64,000 nt of DNA from Bradyrhizobiaceae bacterium Ga0074131 (GTDB lineage: Bacteria > Pseudomonadota > Alphaproteobacteria > Rhizobiales > Xanthobacteraceae), in contig LNEC01000023.1 of NCBI GenBank assembly GCA_001464035.1, forward strand, positions 16,935 to 80,934. Reading direction: 5' to 3'. Both the position numbers and the translations under genes were made by a program. This document shows, piece after piece, positions 7,752-17,049 of this stretch. The first letter of the stretch is position 1; every line of letters starts with the position of its first letter. The notes beneath the pieces are model-generated. The model ran no database searches, was not told where the DNA came from, and saw only the letters and a program-made list of their open reading frames with translations.

Positions 7752-8276
7752 GGCAACGGAATTTCGTCCGGAGCGAGTGGCAAAGGGGGTCATCGGAGGC
7801 CCTCCTTACATCCGTTCGCCATCGGCGGCGCACCCCTCCGCTTTCGTTCTGTCGGCATCGCTTTCCCGACGACTGTGCGGCGGGACGACGCGATGCCAAG
7901 GCAGTGCACGCGGTGTGGCATCGGGTCGCGATCGTTCGATGTAGCGAGCGGTGCACCTTCAATGGTCGGGATGTATGGCCGGTGATCACGCCAAAGAGCC
8001 CGTTGGGCAGGGCGACACTCGGTCAGAAAGTTGCGCGATGATGGAAGAGTGCCGCTGATTTGCCCGACGTGTCAAAGTTTTTTCGAGTCAGGCATCCATG
8101 TCAGCGACCCCCCTGTTACTTTGCATGGGGTTGTTTTCGATATTTTTAGTTGGGAGAAGGCGTGGACAGGACGCTCGCTCTTCTGGTCATCGCACCATGC
8201 TCTGATGCTAGGGTGGCGTAGCATCCCTGCCGATCGGTATTCGGGGCGCCTTGGCACATTGGAAGGAGGTGAACGG

Positions 8277-10619
8277 TTGCAAGAGCGTTATCGAGGACAG
8301 TCCCTGAACAGGCTGGAAGACCTTCGCTTCCTCACCGGCCATGGAGAATACGTCGCCGACGATCACGTGCCCGGGGTGTTGCACGCCTATGTGCTTCGCT
8401 CTCCGATCGCGTTCGCTCGGATCGCCCGGCTAAACTTGGAAGCCGCGCGCGCGGTCCCCGGCGTGGTGGCGGTGTTCACCGAAGCCGACCTCGCGGCCGA
8501 CGGCATCGGGGAATTGCCCTGCATCACCGTGATTGACGCCGTCGAGCCGATCGTCGTTCCGCCGCGCCCGGCGCTCGCGCGCGGCTTCGTGCGGCATGTC
8601 GGCGATCCCGTGGTCTGCATCGTCGCGGAGTCGCCGGAGGCGGCGCTGGCGGCCGGCGAAGCGGTGGATGCCGCCTATGAAACGCTGCCCTGCGTCACCA
8701 TGGCCACCGCGGCGCTGCAACCGGACGCCCCGGCGATCTGGCCGGAGGCGCCGGGCAATTCCGCCTTCCTGTTTCGCAAGGGCGATGCTGAAGCTGTAGC
8801 CGCCGCGATGGCGCAGGCGGCGCATGTCGTCGAATGCGACCTCTTCAACAACCGCGTGGTCGCCGCCCCCATGGAGACGCGGGCCGCCATCGGCTTTCAT
8901 GACAGCAACACCGGCGGGTTTTGCCTGTCGCTGACCGGGCAGGGCGTCCATGATCTTCGCCGGCAACTCGCCGATACCATCTTCAAGATTCCAGCCGAGC
9001 GCATCCGCGTCGTTGTGCCCGACGTCGGCGGCGGCTTCGGGATGAAGAACTACCTTTATCCCGAATATGTGCTGGTGCTGTGGGCGGCAAGAAAGCTCGG
9101 CCGCCCGGTGCGCTGGATCTCCGAACGATCAGAGGATTTCGTCAGCTCCGCGCAGGGCCGCGATTTCTTTGCCCGCTCGAGGCTCGCCCTCGACAAGGAT
9201 GGCCGGTTTCTCGGCCTGGAAGTGCGGGCGGTCGCCAATATGGGCGCGTATCTTTCGACCCAGGGCCCCGTCAGTTCGACCAACGCCGCCGGCAGCGCGA
9301 TGGGCGGCGTCTATGATATTCCCGCCGTGTTCGTCGAGGTGCGCGGCGCCTTCACCAACACGCCGCCGATCGACGCCTATCGCGGCGCCGGCAAGCCCGA
9401 AGCCAATTATCTGATCGAGCGCCTTGTGAACCTCGCCTCGGTCAAGACCGGGATCGATGCCGTCGCGTTGCGCCGCCGCAACATGATCGGCAGGTTTCCG
9501 CACCGCACGGCGATGGGCATGAAGATCGACGGCGGCCGCTTCAAGGCCGGTCTGGACGAGGCGATCTCGCTCGCCGATCTCGAGGGTTTTCGCACGCGCC
9601 GCGCGCGATCGAAGAAGGCCGGGTTGTTGCGCGGCATCGGAGTCGCCTGCTTTCTCGAAACCTCCCGCGGCGCGCTGGGCGAGTTCGCCCGGGCGGCGTT
9701 CGAGGCGGACGGCACGGTGTCGCTCGCCGTCGGCACGCAGTCCAATGGACAGGGACACGAGACCGCCTATCCCCAGGTCGCGGCCGACCTCATGGGGTTG
9801 CCGATTTCCGCATTCCGCTTCCACCAGGGCGACACCGACCTTCTGCCCGGCGGCAACGGCCATGGCGGCGCGCGTTCGATGCATATGGGCGGCACCGCGC
9901 TGGTGATGGCCGTCGAAAGCCTGATCGAGAAAGGCCGGCTGATCGCCGCGCACCTGCTTCAGGCGCCGGTCGATCAGGTGTCATTCATCGAAGGCAACTT
10001 TGTCGTGCAGAACACCGAGCGCGCGATGGCGATCGGCAAGGTGGCCGACGCCGCGCGGGATCCTGCCAATCTACCGGAGGGACTGACACCGGGACTGGAA
10101 GGAAATGCGAAGAACGGCTCCGAGCTCTACACGTTTCCGAACGGATGCCATGTCGCGGAAGTCGAGATTGATCCGGATACCGGTGTGGTGCGGCTCGATC
10201 GCTACACCATCGCGGATGATTTCGGCAGCCTGATCAACCCGCGCGTGGCGCTCGGTCAGGTGCATGGCGGGGTGGCGCAGGGCATCGGGCAGGCGCTGCT
10301 GGAGCACGTCGTCTTCGACCCCGGCTCGGGCCAGTTGCTCACCGGTTCGTTCCTGGACTACGCGCTGCCGCGCGCGCAGGACCTGCCGAACTTCGCCGGC
10401 GGCCTGAACGACTCGGAGCCGACCGCGTCGAACCCGCTGGGCGTGAAGGGCACCGGGCAGGCCGGCTGCATCGCCGCTCCGCAAACCATCATGAACGCCG
10501 TGCTTGATGCCTTGTCGCCACTCGGTATCGATCAACTGGATATGCCGGCGACGCCGTTTCTGGTTTGGAGCGCCATCCAGGCCGCCCGCGCGGTGCCCCG
10601 AAGTTCCCGCAAGCCCTAG
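8277..10619 (+). CDS. xanthine dehydrogenase/CO dehydrogenase-family molybdopterin-binding large subunit
   Basis: ORF 8031..10619. Start placed at in-frame TTG 8277, 7 nt after ggaaggagg. N-terminal RLEDLRFLTGHGEYVADD and DVGGGFG motifs are typical of Mo-hydroxylase large subunits. Confidence 0.85.
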   Translation: MQERYRGQSLNRLEDLRFLTGHGEYVADDHVPGVLHAYVLRSPIAFARIARLNLEAARAVPGVVAVFTEADLAADGIGELPCITVIDAVEPIVVPPRPALARGFVRHVGDPVVCIVAESPEAALAAGEAVDAAYETLPCVTMATAALQPDAPAIWPEAPGNSAFLFRKGDAEAVAAAMAQAAHVVECDLFNNRVVAAPMETRAAIGFHDSNTGGFCLSLTGQGVHDLRRQLADTIFKIPAERIRVVVPDVGGGFGMKNYLYPEYVLVLWAARKLGRPVRWISERSEDFVSSAQGRDFFARSRLALDKDGRFLGLEVRAVANMGAYLSTQGPVSSTNAAGSAMGGVYDIPAVFVEVRGAFTNTPPIDAYRGAGKPEANYLIERLVNLASVKTGIDAVALRRRNMIGRFPHRTAMGMKIDGGRFKAGLDEAISLADLEGFRTRRARSKKAGLLRGIGVACFLETSRGALGEFARAAFEADGTVSLAVGTQSNGQGHETAYPQVAADLMGLPISAFRFHQGDTDLLPGGNGHGGARSMHMGGTALVMAVESLIEKGRLIAAHLLQAPVDQVSFIEGNFVVQNTERAMAIGKVADAARDPANLPEGLTPGLEGNAKNGSELYTFPNGCHVAEVEIDPDTGVVRLDRYTIADDFGSLINPRVALGQVHGGVAQGIGQALLEHVVFDPGSGQLLTGSFLDYALPRAQDLPNFAGGLNDSEPTASNPLGVKGTGQAGCIAAPQTIMNAVLDALSPLGIDQLDMPATPFLVWSAIQAARAVPRSSRKP

Positions 10620-10767
10620 CTGCCCCGGCGATTCCACAAGCGCAAAGTCCGGGTGGCGGGCGGTGACGGCTTTGGCCGCACGCAACATTACCGGTCGAGG
10701 GAAAGCTGGCGGCTGCCTCGCTCTATGCATAGTAGTTCCAGTTCAACCAATTCGTGGGGAGGGCACC

Positions 10768-11304
10768 TTGGACAAGTTCCTGTTGATCGAATGGTCGGAA
10801 TTGCTGATCCCCACGCATTCTCTCGCCGAGATGATGCTGCGTGGAACGGTGATGTACCTGTCGCTGTTCCTGATCCTGCGGTTCGTCATGCTGCGGCAGT
10901 CATCGACCATCGGAATAGCCGACATCCTCGTCATCGTCCTGATTGCGGATGCCGCTCAGAACGGCTTTGCAAAGGAATACAAATCAGTCACGGAAGGCGT
11001 ACTCCTGGTGCTCACCATCGTGTTCTGGGACACCTTCCTGAATTGGCTGAGCTATCACTTCAAGTTTTTCGAGCGGCTGCTGGCGCCCCCGCCGCTCCGA
11101 CTGATCGAAAACGGCACAATGAACCGGAACAACATGCGCAAGCAATTCATCACCGAGGAGGAATTGCGGGGCCAGCTGCGGCAGCAAGGCGTTCTCGACC
11201 TGGCGGAAGTGAAGCAAGCCAACCTGGAAGCGAACGGCGAAATCAGCGTCGTCAAGGCGGATTCCAGCAACGACAGCGCCAAGAAGCGCAAGAAGCCGCT
11301 ATGA
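10768..11304 (+). CDS. DUF421 (YetF-like) membrane protein
   Basis: C-terminal part of ORF 10504..11304. TTG 10768 follows ggggaggg. Two or three TM segments, then ITEEELRGQLRQQGVLDLAEVKQANLEANGEISVV, typical of the DUF421 C-domain. Confidence 0.7.
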   Translation: MDKFLLIEWSELLIPTHSLAEMMLRGTVMYLSLFLILRFVMLRQSSTIGIADILVIVLIADAAQNGFAKEYKSVTEGVLLVLTIVFWDTFLNWLSYHFKFFERLLAPPPLRLIENGTMNRNNMRKQFITEEELRGQLRQQGVLDLAEVKQANLEANGEISVVKADSSNDSAKKRKKPL

Positions 11305-11925
11305 GATTTCCCGAGAGGAGGCCGGAAAAACCGACGCCACGATCCCCGTGCCAAGCCGGCTTACGACCGTGAAGCTTGCACCGGCATCGATACGAATGGC
11401 GTGGCCGATCGCAATCGCGCAGGGCTTGCCGTTGATGACGAGGTCGCAAGTCGTCGCGGCCGCATAGACGATGTGGACGCCGGCCGGGCGGGAACGCGTT
11501 GCACCGGCCGCGAGGCATGAAAGGTCTATCGATACGCGTGACCGGTCACCCAACAGATTGACGACCTCGACCGGTCCGGCTTCAAGCCGGCTGACGATCC
11601 GGGTTTCGCCGGCGAACCGGACCGGCTCGAACGGACGTCGGACATCGATCTCTCCATCAGGTGTCTCGAGCACGAGTCCCGAACCGGAAACCAGCACCTG
11701 CCGGCGGTCGAAGCCGGCAAGGTCGGAGAACGGGCCTGGTGTCACGATAGCGGTACGGCCGAATCGCCAGACCAATCCTTCCCAGCCGCCCGGCCCGAAT
11801 CCAGCGAGCAGGGATTCGGCGATATCGATCGTGATCCCGCCGCCGTTCTTCCAGGGCGTATGCCGGAAGGCGGCCGGATCGATCGCCGCGAGCCGAACCC
11901 CGCTCAGGGCAGGGCTGGGGCTCAT
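11299..11925 (-). CDS. HutD-family protein
   Basis: Met143 of ORF 11299..12351 (MSPSPALSG...). PWKNGGGIT motif. Its ATG overlaps the dctP stop (ATGA). Confidence 0.75.
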   Translation of the reverse strand: MSPSPALSGVRLAAIDPAAFRHTPWKNGGGITIDIAESLLAGFGPGGWEGLVWRFGRTAIVTPGPFSDLAGFDRRQVLVSGSGLVLETPDGEIDVRRPFEPVRFAGETRIVSRLEAGPVEVVNLLGDRSRVSIDLSCLAAGATRSRPAGVHIVYAAATTCDLVINGKPCAIAIGHAIRIDAGASFTVVSRLGTGIVASVFPASSREIS

Positions 11926-12986
11926 TGTCCCATCTTGAGATCGAGAGACTTGCCGATGGTCGCATTCCAGTTGGCCACGCAATCGGCGCCGCAGCGTTGC
12001 GCGAAGCCGGGCATGATCGCCTTCACCAGCGCGTCCTTGCGAAGGGCCTCGTCCGCCGGCGTCACGGCAACCAGTTTCATGGCCGCCGGCTGGCCTTCCT
12101 TGCATGCGGCGCTGCCGGTGTTGCAGTCGATGCCGGTCTGGGTTTCGGTCCTGGCCTGTTCGAAAATCGAGTCTTCGAGCTTTCTGACATGGGTCTCCAG
12201 GAAGGCCTGCACCTTCGGATCCAGCGTTTTCCACCATGCGAGATTGGCGAGGTGGGCGGCGAGGCCGAAATTGATCGGCATCGGCGAGATGAATTTGGCC
12301 GACTCGTGCCACTTCGAACGGTAGCCGGACAGCGCGCCGGTGATGGCGCAATCGATCACGCCGCTGGCCAGCGCAGGTTGCACCTCCGCGAATGCGATGG
12401 TGATCGGCGAGCCGCCGATGTGGGAGACGAAGGTCTGCTGCGAGGCGCCGGACGCGCGCACCTTGCGCCCCTTGAGGTCGGCGACGTTGGTGAAGGCATC
12501 GCGGCAGTAGATCACCTGGGCCTGATAGGTACCGAAGCCAAGCAGCTTGAGGCCGTGCTTTTCCTCGAGGAACTTGGCATAGCTCGGGCGCAGCACTTCG
12601 ACGGCCTTCCGCAGCTCTTCCACCGAGCCGACCAAGCCAACCAGGTCGGCCGCTTCATTCATCGGCACTTCGCCGGAATTGTAGTTCAGCACCGTGGTCG
12701 CGAACTGCAGCGTGCCGGCGGAAACCAGCCGGAAGATTTCGGGTCCCTTCAGTCCGAGTTCGGTGAAGGATTTCAACTGCACCTTGATGGCGCCGGCCGA
12801 CTCCTTCGGCACGGTCTCGTTCCAGAACGGCACTTCGCGGTTGAGATACATCGACAGATTGCCGATGCTGCCGACCACGTTGAACGTGGTTGCGGGCAGT
12901 CCCTGGGTCTGGGCCGTCGCGGGCGCAGGCGCGAGACCGATGACGGCAGCCACGGCAAGTGCGGCAAGAACGGGTCGTGTCAGCAT
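11922..12986 (-). CDS. dctP: TRAP transporter substrate-binding protein (DctP family)
   Basis: C-terminal 354 aa of ORF 11922..14393, starting MLTRPVLAALAVAAVIGLAPAPATAQ (signal peptide). aaggagac SD. Confidence 0.9.
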   Translation of the reverse strand: MLTRPVLAALAVAAVIGLAPAPATAQTQGLPATTFNVVGSIGNLSMYLNREVPFWNETVPKESAGAIKVQLKSFTELGLKGPEIFRLVSAGTLQFATTVLNYNSGEVPMNEAADLVGLVGSVEELRKAVEVLRPSYAKFLEEKHGLKLLGFGTYQAQVIYCRDAFTNVADLKGRKVRASGASQQTFVSHIGGSPITIAFAEVQPALASGVIDCAITGALSGYRSKWHESAKFISPMPINFGLAAHLANLAWWKTLDPKVQAFLETHVRKLEDSIFEQARTETQTGIDCNTGSAACKEGQPAAMKLVAVTPADEALRKDALVKAIMPGFAQRCGADCVANWNATIGKSLDLKMGQ

Positions 12987-13024
12987 GGTCAGTCTCCTTG
13001 GGGCTGGACCGGCCTGTCGGCCGG

Positions 13025-14323
13025 CTATTTCGGCGGTTGCAGCAGGCTCGGCAGCCACAGCGCGATCTCGGGGAAGGCAATCAGGATGCCGATCATAATG
13101 ATCATTGCGCCGACAAAGGGAAGGGCGCCGATGCACAGGTCCCAGAACGGTCCGTGCCTGCGAACGGACTGCACCACATAGAGGTTCAGGCCGACTGGCG
13201 GCGTGATGAGCGCCGCCTCCATCAGGATCACGAAGATGATGCCCCACCAGATCGGACTGTAGCCCATGGCGGTGATGACCGGCACCACCACCGGCGTGGT
13301 GGCGATCATCATCGACAGCGTCTCCATGAAGCAGCCGAGGATCAGGTAGAACGCGATGATCGCGAGCAGCATCGCCAGTGGCGGCCAGCCGAGCGACAGC
13401 ACTGAATCGGTCACCGCCTTGACCAGGCCGATCGAGACCATCACGAAGTTCAGGAAAAAGGCGGCGATGATGATCAGCATGATCATGCAGGTGGTTCGCA
13501 CGGTACCTTCGAAGGCGCGGACCAGCACCGGCAGGGTCAGCTGGCCATTGGCCGCCACCAGGCCCAGCGTCGCCATCAATCCGAGCGCCGCCGCCTCGGT
13601 CGGGGTGGCGATGCCGATATAGATCGACCCGACCACGATGAGGAACAGGCCGAGCGGCGGCACCAGATGCTTCAGTCCGGCGATCCGTTGCGGCCACAGT
13701 CCGGCGGTCCTGACGGCAGGGCCCGCCAGCCCCGGCCGCCAGATCGCGGCGGCGAACACGATCAGCGAGAACAGCCCGGCCAGCATGAAGCCGGGAATGA
13801 ACCCCGCGGCGTAGAGCTGGGCGACCGACGTGTCGGTCAAGACAGCATAGATGATCATGTTGATGGACGGCGGGATCAGGATCCCGAGCGTGCCGCCGGC
13901 CGCGATCGAGCCGAGGAACAGCGGCGGGTTGTAGCCGCCCTTTTCCATGTTGGGAATCGCGACCGTGCCGATGGTCGCCGCGGTCGCCACCGATGAACCC
14001 GAAGTGGCGGCGAAGATGGCGCTGGCGGCAATGTTGGTGTGGATCAGGCGTCCCGGAATTCGCGCGAACCACGGGGCGAGGGCGGTGAACAGCCGCTCGC
14101 TGGTGCCGGAGCGGTGCATGAGTTCGCCCATCATGATGAACATGGGGGCCGCGATCAGGATGAAGTCGTTCGACGTATTCCACGCCAGTTCGCCGATCGC
14201 GCCGGTCAGGGGAAAGAACGCGTATTTCTGCGAGAGAACATAGCCCATGATCCCGAGCGCGGCCGCCACCGGCAGGCTCAGCGCCATCAGGCCGATCAGC
14301 AGGCTGAACGCAGTGCCGATCAT
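13025..14323 (-). CDS. dctM: TRAP transporter large permease (DctM family)
   Basis: 432 aa, highly hydrophobic, DctM-like throughout. Confidence 0.9.
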   Translation of the reverse strand: MIGTAFSLLIGLMALSLPVAAALGIMGYVLSQKYAFFPLTGAIGELAWNTSNDFILIAAPMFIMMGELMHRSGTSERLFTALAPWFARIPGRLIHTNIAASAIFAATSGSSVATAATIGTVAIPNMEKGGYNPPLFLGSIAAGGTLGILIPPSINMIIYAVLTDTSVAQLYAAGFIPGFMLAGLFSLIVFAAAIWRPGLAGPAVRTAGLWPQRIAGLKHLVPPLGLFLIVVGSIYIGIATPTEAAALGLMATLGLVAANGQLTLPVLVRAFEGTVRTTCMIMLIIIAAFFLNFVMVSIGLVKAVTDSVLSLGWPPLAMLLAIIAFYLILGCFMETLSMMIATTPVVVPVITAMGYSPIWWGIIFVILMEAALITPPVGLNLYVVQSVRRHGPFWDLCIGALPFVGAMIIMIGILIAFPEIALWLPSLLQPPK

Positions 14324-14943
14324 GGCTGCGCCGCCTCCGGCTTCGGCTCGGTCTTGGCCAGATCGATGCCGGCCTGCTCCAGCTCATCGGCAACGCGCAG
14401 GCTGCCGATCAATTCGTCGAAGCCGCGCGGATCCGCCGCCAGAAGGCGCATGATGGCCTGCAACGGCAGCAGCACGGCCATGAAGGCGAACCAGAGCAGG
14501 CCGATCCACCAGACGCCCTGCGGCAGCACCATCGGCGTCTGCATGATGGAGGTAGACCTGGCATTCATGGTCCATGATTGCGCCAGGGTTTTCCAGCAGA
14601 ACCACACCAGCGCCACGGCAATCACGGCGAGGGCGAAGGCGGCCAGCAGATCACAGGCCGCGCGCAGGCGATAGGGAAACGCATCGAGCAGGATGTCGAC
14701 CCGGATGTTGGACTTCGAGGTAACGGTGAAGGCGAGGCCGAGACCGATGCATGCCGCGAGCATGTAGCCGGATATTTCGAAGCTCTCGATCATGCCGCGC
14801 CTGAATATGAAGCGCGTGACGACGTCGACCGAAATCAGTGCGCCGCAGCCGAACAGGATACAGGCGCCGGCGAGCCAGGCGAAAATCCGTGAGACGCGTT
14901 GGGGCCAGGGCTCGTCGGGCAGCAGCGGATCAGGGTTGCTCAT
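14320..14943 (-). CDS. dctQ: TRAP transporter small permease (DctQ family)
   Basis: 207 aa with 4 TM segments. Its stop overlaps the dctM start (ATGA). Confidence 0.8.
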   Translation of the reverse strand: MSNPDPLLPDEPWPQRVSRIFAWLAGACILFGCGALISVDVVTRFIFRRGMIESFEISGYMLAACIGLGLAFTVTSKSNIRVDILLDAFPYRLRAACDLLAAFALAVIAVALVWFCWKTLAQSWTMNARSTSIMQTPMVLPQGVWWIGLLWFAFMAVLLPLQAIMRLLAADPRGFDELIGSLRVADELEQAGIDLAKTEPKPEAAQP

Positions 14944-15231
14944 GGATGATTTCCGGCGCCGCTGGCGCGGACCAATGTCTCAGACATCCACTGAGCTTCT
15001 GGGGGCTGTCGGAAGATGTTGGCTTGTCACAGTTGTATCCCCGCGAATGCGTGCCTTGCCCGGAAGGTTAGGGTCTCCGGGGGCGGTCGTCAAACGACGC
15101 GCCGGGTTCGGGCATCCTGTTCCCCTTTGCCTGCGACAAGGCAGGTGCAATCGGGCGACCGGCAACTTCCTTGAGGGATCGTTGCATGCCGCGGTTTCAG
15201 CCGCGTGCCCGATTGTCGTGCAAAAATGCCA

Positions 15232-16104
15232 TCATGGGTGCGTCGGGTGATTGCCCATGTCCTGGCTGAGCTGTGTGATCAGGGACGCCTCGAGATTGCG
15301 CAGAAAGAGGGAATCTTTGGCGATGCAGCGCGTCACGCGCACTTCGAGCAGCGGCAGCGGTGGGAAATTCTCTGTGTCGGGGAGCTCGCGGATGCCCGTC
15401 ACCAGGGCGGACTCCGCCATGACGGTAACGGCGTATCCTGCGCGCACAATGGCCTGGAGCCCCGCCAGTGAATAGCAGGTGTAGGCGATCCAGTGCCGCC
15501 GTCCCACGCGATCGAGGGCGTCGAGCGCCCAGCGGCGATAGTTGGAATCCTCGGCTGGCAGAAGGGCGAGCGGAAGGGGGTCTTTGTTGTGCACGTCTCC
15601 TCCCGTCGCCCAGACGAGACGCTCGCGGTGAAGCACAGGGCTTTGCCCCAGGCCCTCGCCCTCTCCGACGAAGGCGATCTCCACTCGTCCATCGGTGCAC
15701 ATCTCGTACAGATCGCGGGAAGGGCCGCACACCACTTCGACCGAGAGCTTTGGATAGAACCTGGCCAGCACGCGCACGACGCGCGGCAGAAGAGCCTGAC
15801 CGTAATCGGCGGATATGCCGAGCACGAGGTTGCCGGCGTTGCCCGAAACCCCGCTGAAATCCAGGATTGCTTCCTCGTGCGCACGCAAGATGCGCTTGGC
15901 ATGAATCAGCAGGCGTTCCCCCTCCGCCGTTGCCTTGATGCCACCGGGCTCGCGCCTCAACAGCGGGTGGCCGACCTGCTCCTCGAGCTTTTTCATCTGC
16001 AGGCTAAGCGCCGATTGCGTCCGCCGTACGACGTCGGAAGCGGCCGTGAAACTCCCCGTCTCCAGGATCGCCACGAAGGTCCTCAGCAAGTCGATATCCA
16101 GCAT
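15232..16104 (-). CDS. LysR-family transcriptional regulator
   Basis: Met26 of ORF 15232..16179. MLDIDLLRTFVAILETGSFTAASDVVRRTQSALSLQMKKLEEQVG is an LTTR wHTH domain. Confidence 0.9.
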   Translation of the reverse strand: MLDIDLLRTFVAILETGSFTAASDVVRRTQSALSLQMKKLEEQVGHPLLRREPGGIKATAEGERLLIHAKRILRAHEEAILDFSGVSGNAGNLVLGISADYGQALLPRVVRVLARFYPKLSVEVVCGPSRDLYEMCTDGRVEIAFVGEGEGLGQSPVLHRERLVWATGGDVHNKDPLPLALLPAEDSNYRRWALDALDRVGRRHWIAYTCYSLAGLQAIVRAGYAVTVMAESALVTGIRELPDTENFPPLPLLEVRVTRCIAKDSLFLRNLEASLITQLSQDMGNHPTHP

Positions 16105-16130
16105 CGGCTCGAGCTCCGGTGAAGCTCTCG

Positions 16131-16208
16131 GGGTCCATAAGGCGCACTCAACCCGCCTTTGAAGAAAACCAATTTGCATCGGCCATCGTCAAGAGGCATT
16201 CAAGACTC
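16131..16208 (+). promoter_or_regulatory. promoter/operator segment, copy A (shared with 19186-19263)
   Basis: About 78 nt, roughly 85 percent identical (hand alignment) to the reverse complement of 19186-19263. Contains the dyad TTGCAT (16174-16179)-N18-ATTCAA (16198-16203). Lies between the divergent LysR gene and the Moco oxidoreductase gene. Confidence 0.6.
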
Positions 16209-16266
16209 GTTTGCTCCCGGCGCGTGCAGGTCGCGCGAGCCGCTGATCGTAGAGGTTTCCGCCGCG

Positions 16267-16947
16267 ATGTCCCATCCTGATCTCCCGCGTGGCCAGAGGG
16301 CGATCGACTTCTTTCCGCGGTTTGGCGTTCCGTTCTTTGCCGACCGGTGGCCAACTGTGCCGGAGCGACCCGGAATAACGATCCGCGGACTGGTGGAGAA
16401 GCCGGTCACGTCCGAGTTGGCCGCGCTTGGCATTCTGCCGCGTCATGAGATCGTTGCGGACTTCCACTGTGTCACGACGTGGACCCGGGCGGGCGTCAGG
16501 TGGGGTGGATACCGCCTTGAGGACGTGCTGAACACGCTGGTTCCGCCGCGAGCGCGGCCTCGGCAGGCTCGATACCTGCGTTTCGTGTCGCTCGATGGAT
16601 ACGAGGTCTGTATCGACTGGCGTGATGTCGATGCCGACACTCTGCTCGCGGACCAGCTCAATGGCCAACCTTTGTCGCTCGAACACGGCGCGCCGCTTCG
16701 TCTGGTAGCTCCCGCGCTCTACGGCTACAAGAATGCCAAACACGTCAATCGTATCGAGTTTCTGGCCGATTATCGCCGCGGGCGCGCGGAACGGCAGACG
16801 CTCGCTCATCCCCGCGCGCGCGTCGCCTACGAAGAGCGCGGGCGGATTCTGCCGAGCTGGATCTATCGCCACGCCTACCGGGCGCTGATTCCCCTCGCTT
16901 TGGCCTCGTATGCCCGTGCGGCAAGGGTTGCGGAACATCCATCCTGA
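16267..16947 (+). CDS. sulfite-oxidase-family molybdopterin-binding oxidoreductase domain protein (no signal peptide)
   Basis: Met37 of ORF 16159..16947. FHCVTTWTRAGVRWGGYRLEDVL (Moco-ligand Cys context) and LVAPALYGYKNAKHV. Confidence 0.75.
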   Translation: MSHPDLPRGQRAIDFFPRFGVPFFADRWPTVPERPGITIRGLVEKPVTSELAALGILPRHEIVADFHCVTTWTRAGVRWGGYRLEDVLNTLVPPRARPRQARYLRFVSLDGYEVCIDWRDVDADTLLADQLNGQPLSLEHGAPLRLVAPALYGYKNAKHVNRIEFLADYRRGRAERQTLAHPRARVAYEERGRILPSWIYRHAYRALIPLALASYARAARVAEHPS

Positions 16948-17049
16948 TCGGACCAGGTTCCGAAGATCAAGGGGGCCGCTTTGCGGTCGGCAAGCCGGCG
17001 CTGCCGCTCGGCGGCGCGCCGCCCATGTGCGCGGCCCCTCCGCCGTACG

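Noticed and set aside
8031-8276. N-terminal 82-codon extension of the Mo-hydroxylase ORF (…PLICPTCQSFFESG…).
   Set aside because: It translates a dispersed repeat fragment. A strong SD (ggaaggagg) precedes the in-frame TTG 8277, and the family N-terminal motif follows immediately.
6211-8276. Integrase gene or a direct repeat of the tRNA-fMet 3' end that would define a bona fide genomic island.
   Set aside because: No integrase-like ORF is present in any frame, and I could not find a second copy of the tRNA 3' segment by eye. I therefore call it only an islet or relic.
14944-15231. EcfG-type motif upstream of the TRAP operon (AACG...GTTCC on the plus strand near 15095-15125).
   Set aside because: The spacer is about 22 nt, outside the N16/17 window.
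16159-16266. Shared N-terminus MKKTNLH.. on ORFs 16159..16947 and 18442..19236, as if from a conserved leader peptide.
   Set aside because: Both begin at TTG inside the duplicated promoter/operator DNA, and the family-typical proteins start at internal ATGs (16267 and 19101). The similarity is DNA-level repetition, not a coding feature.
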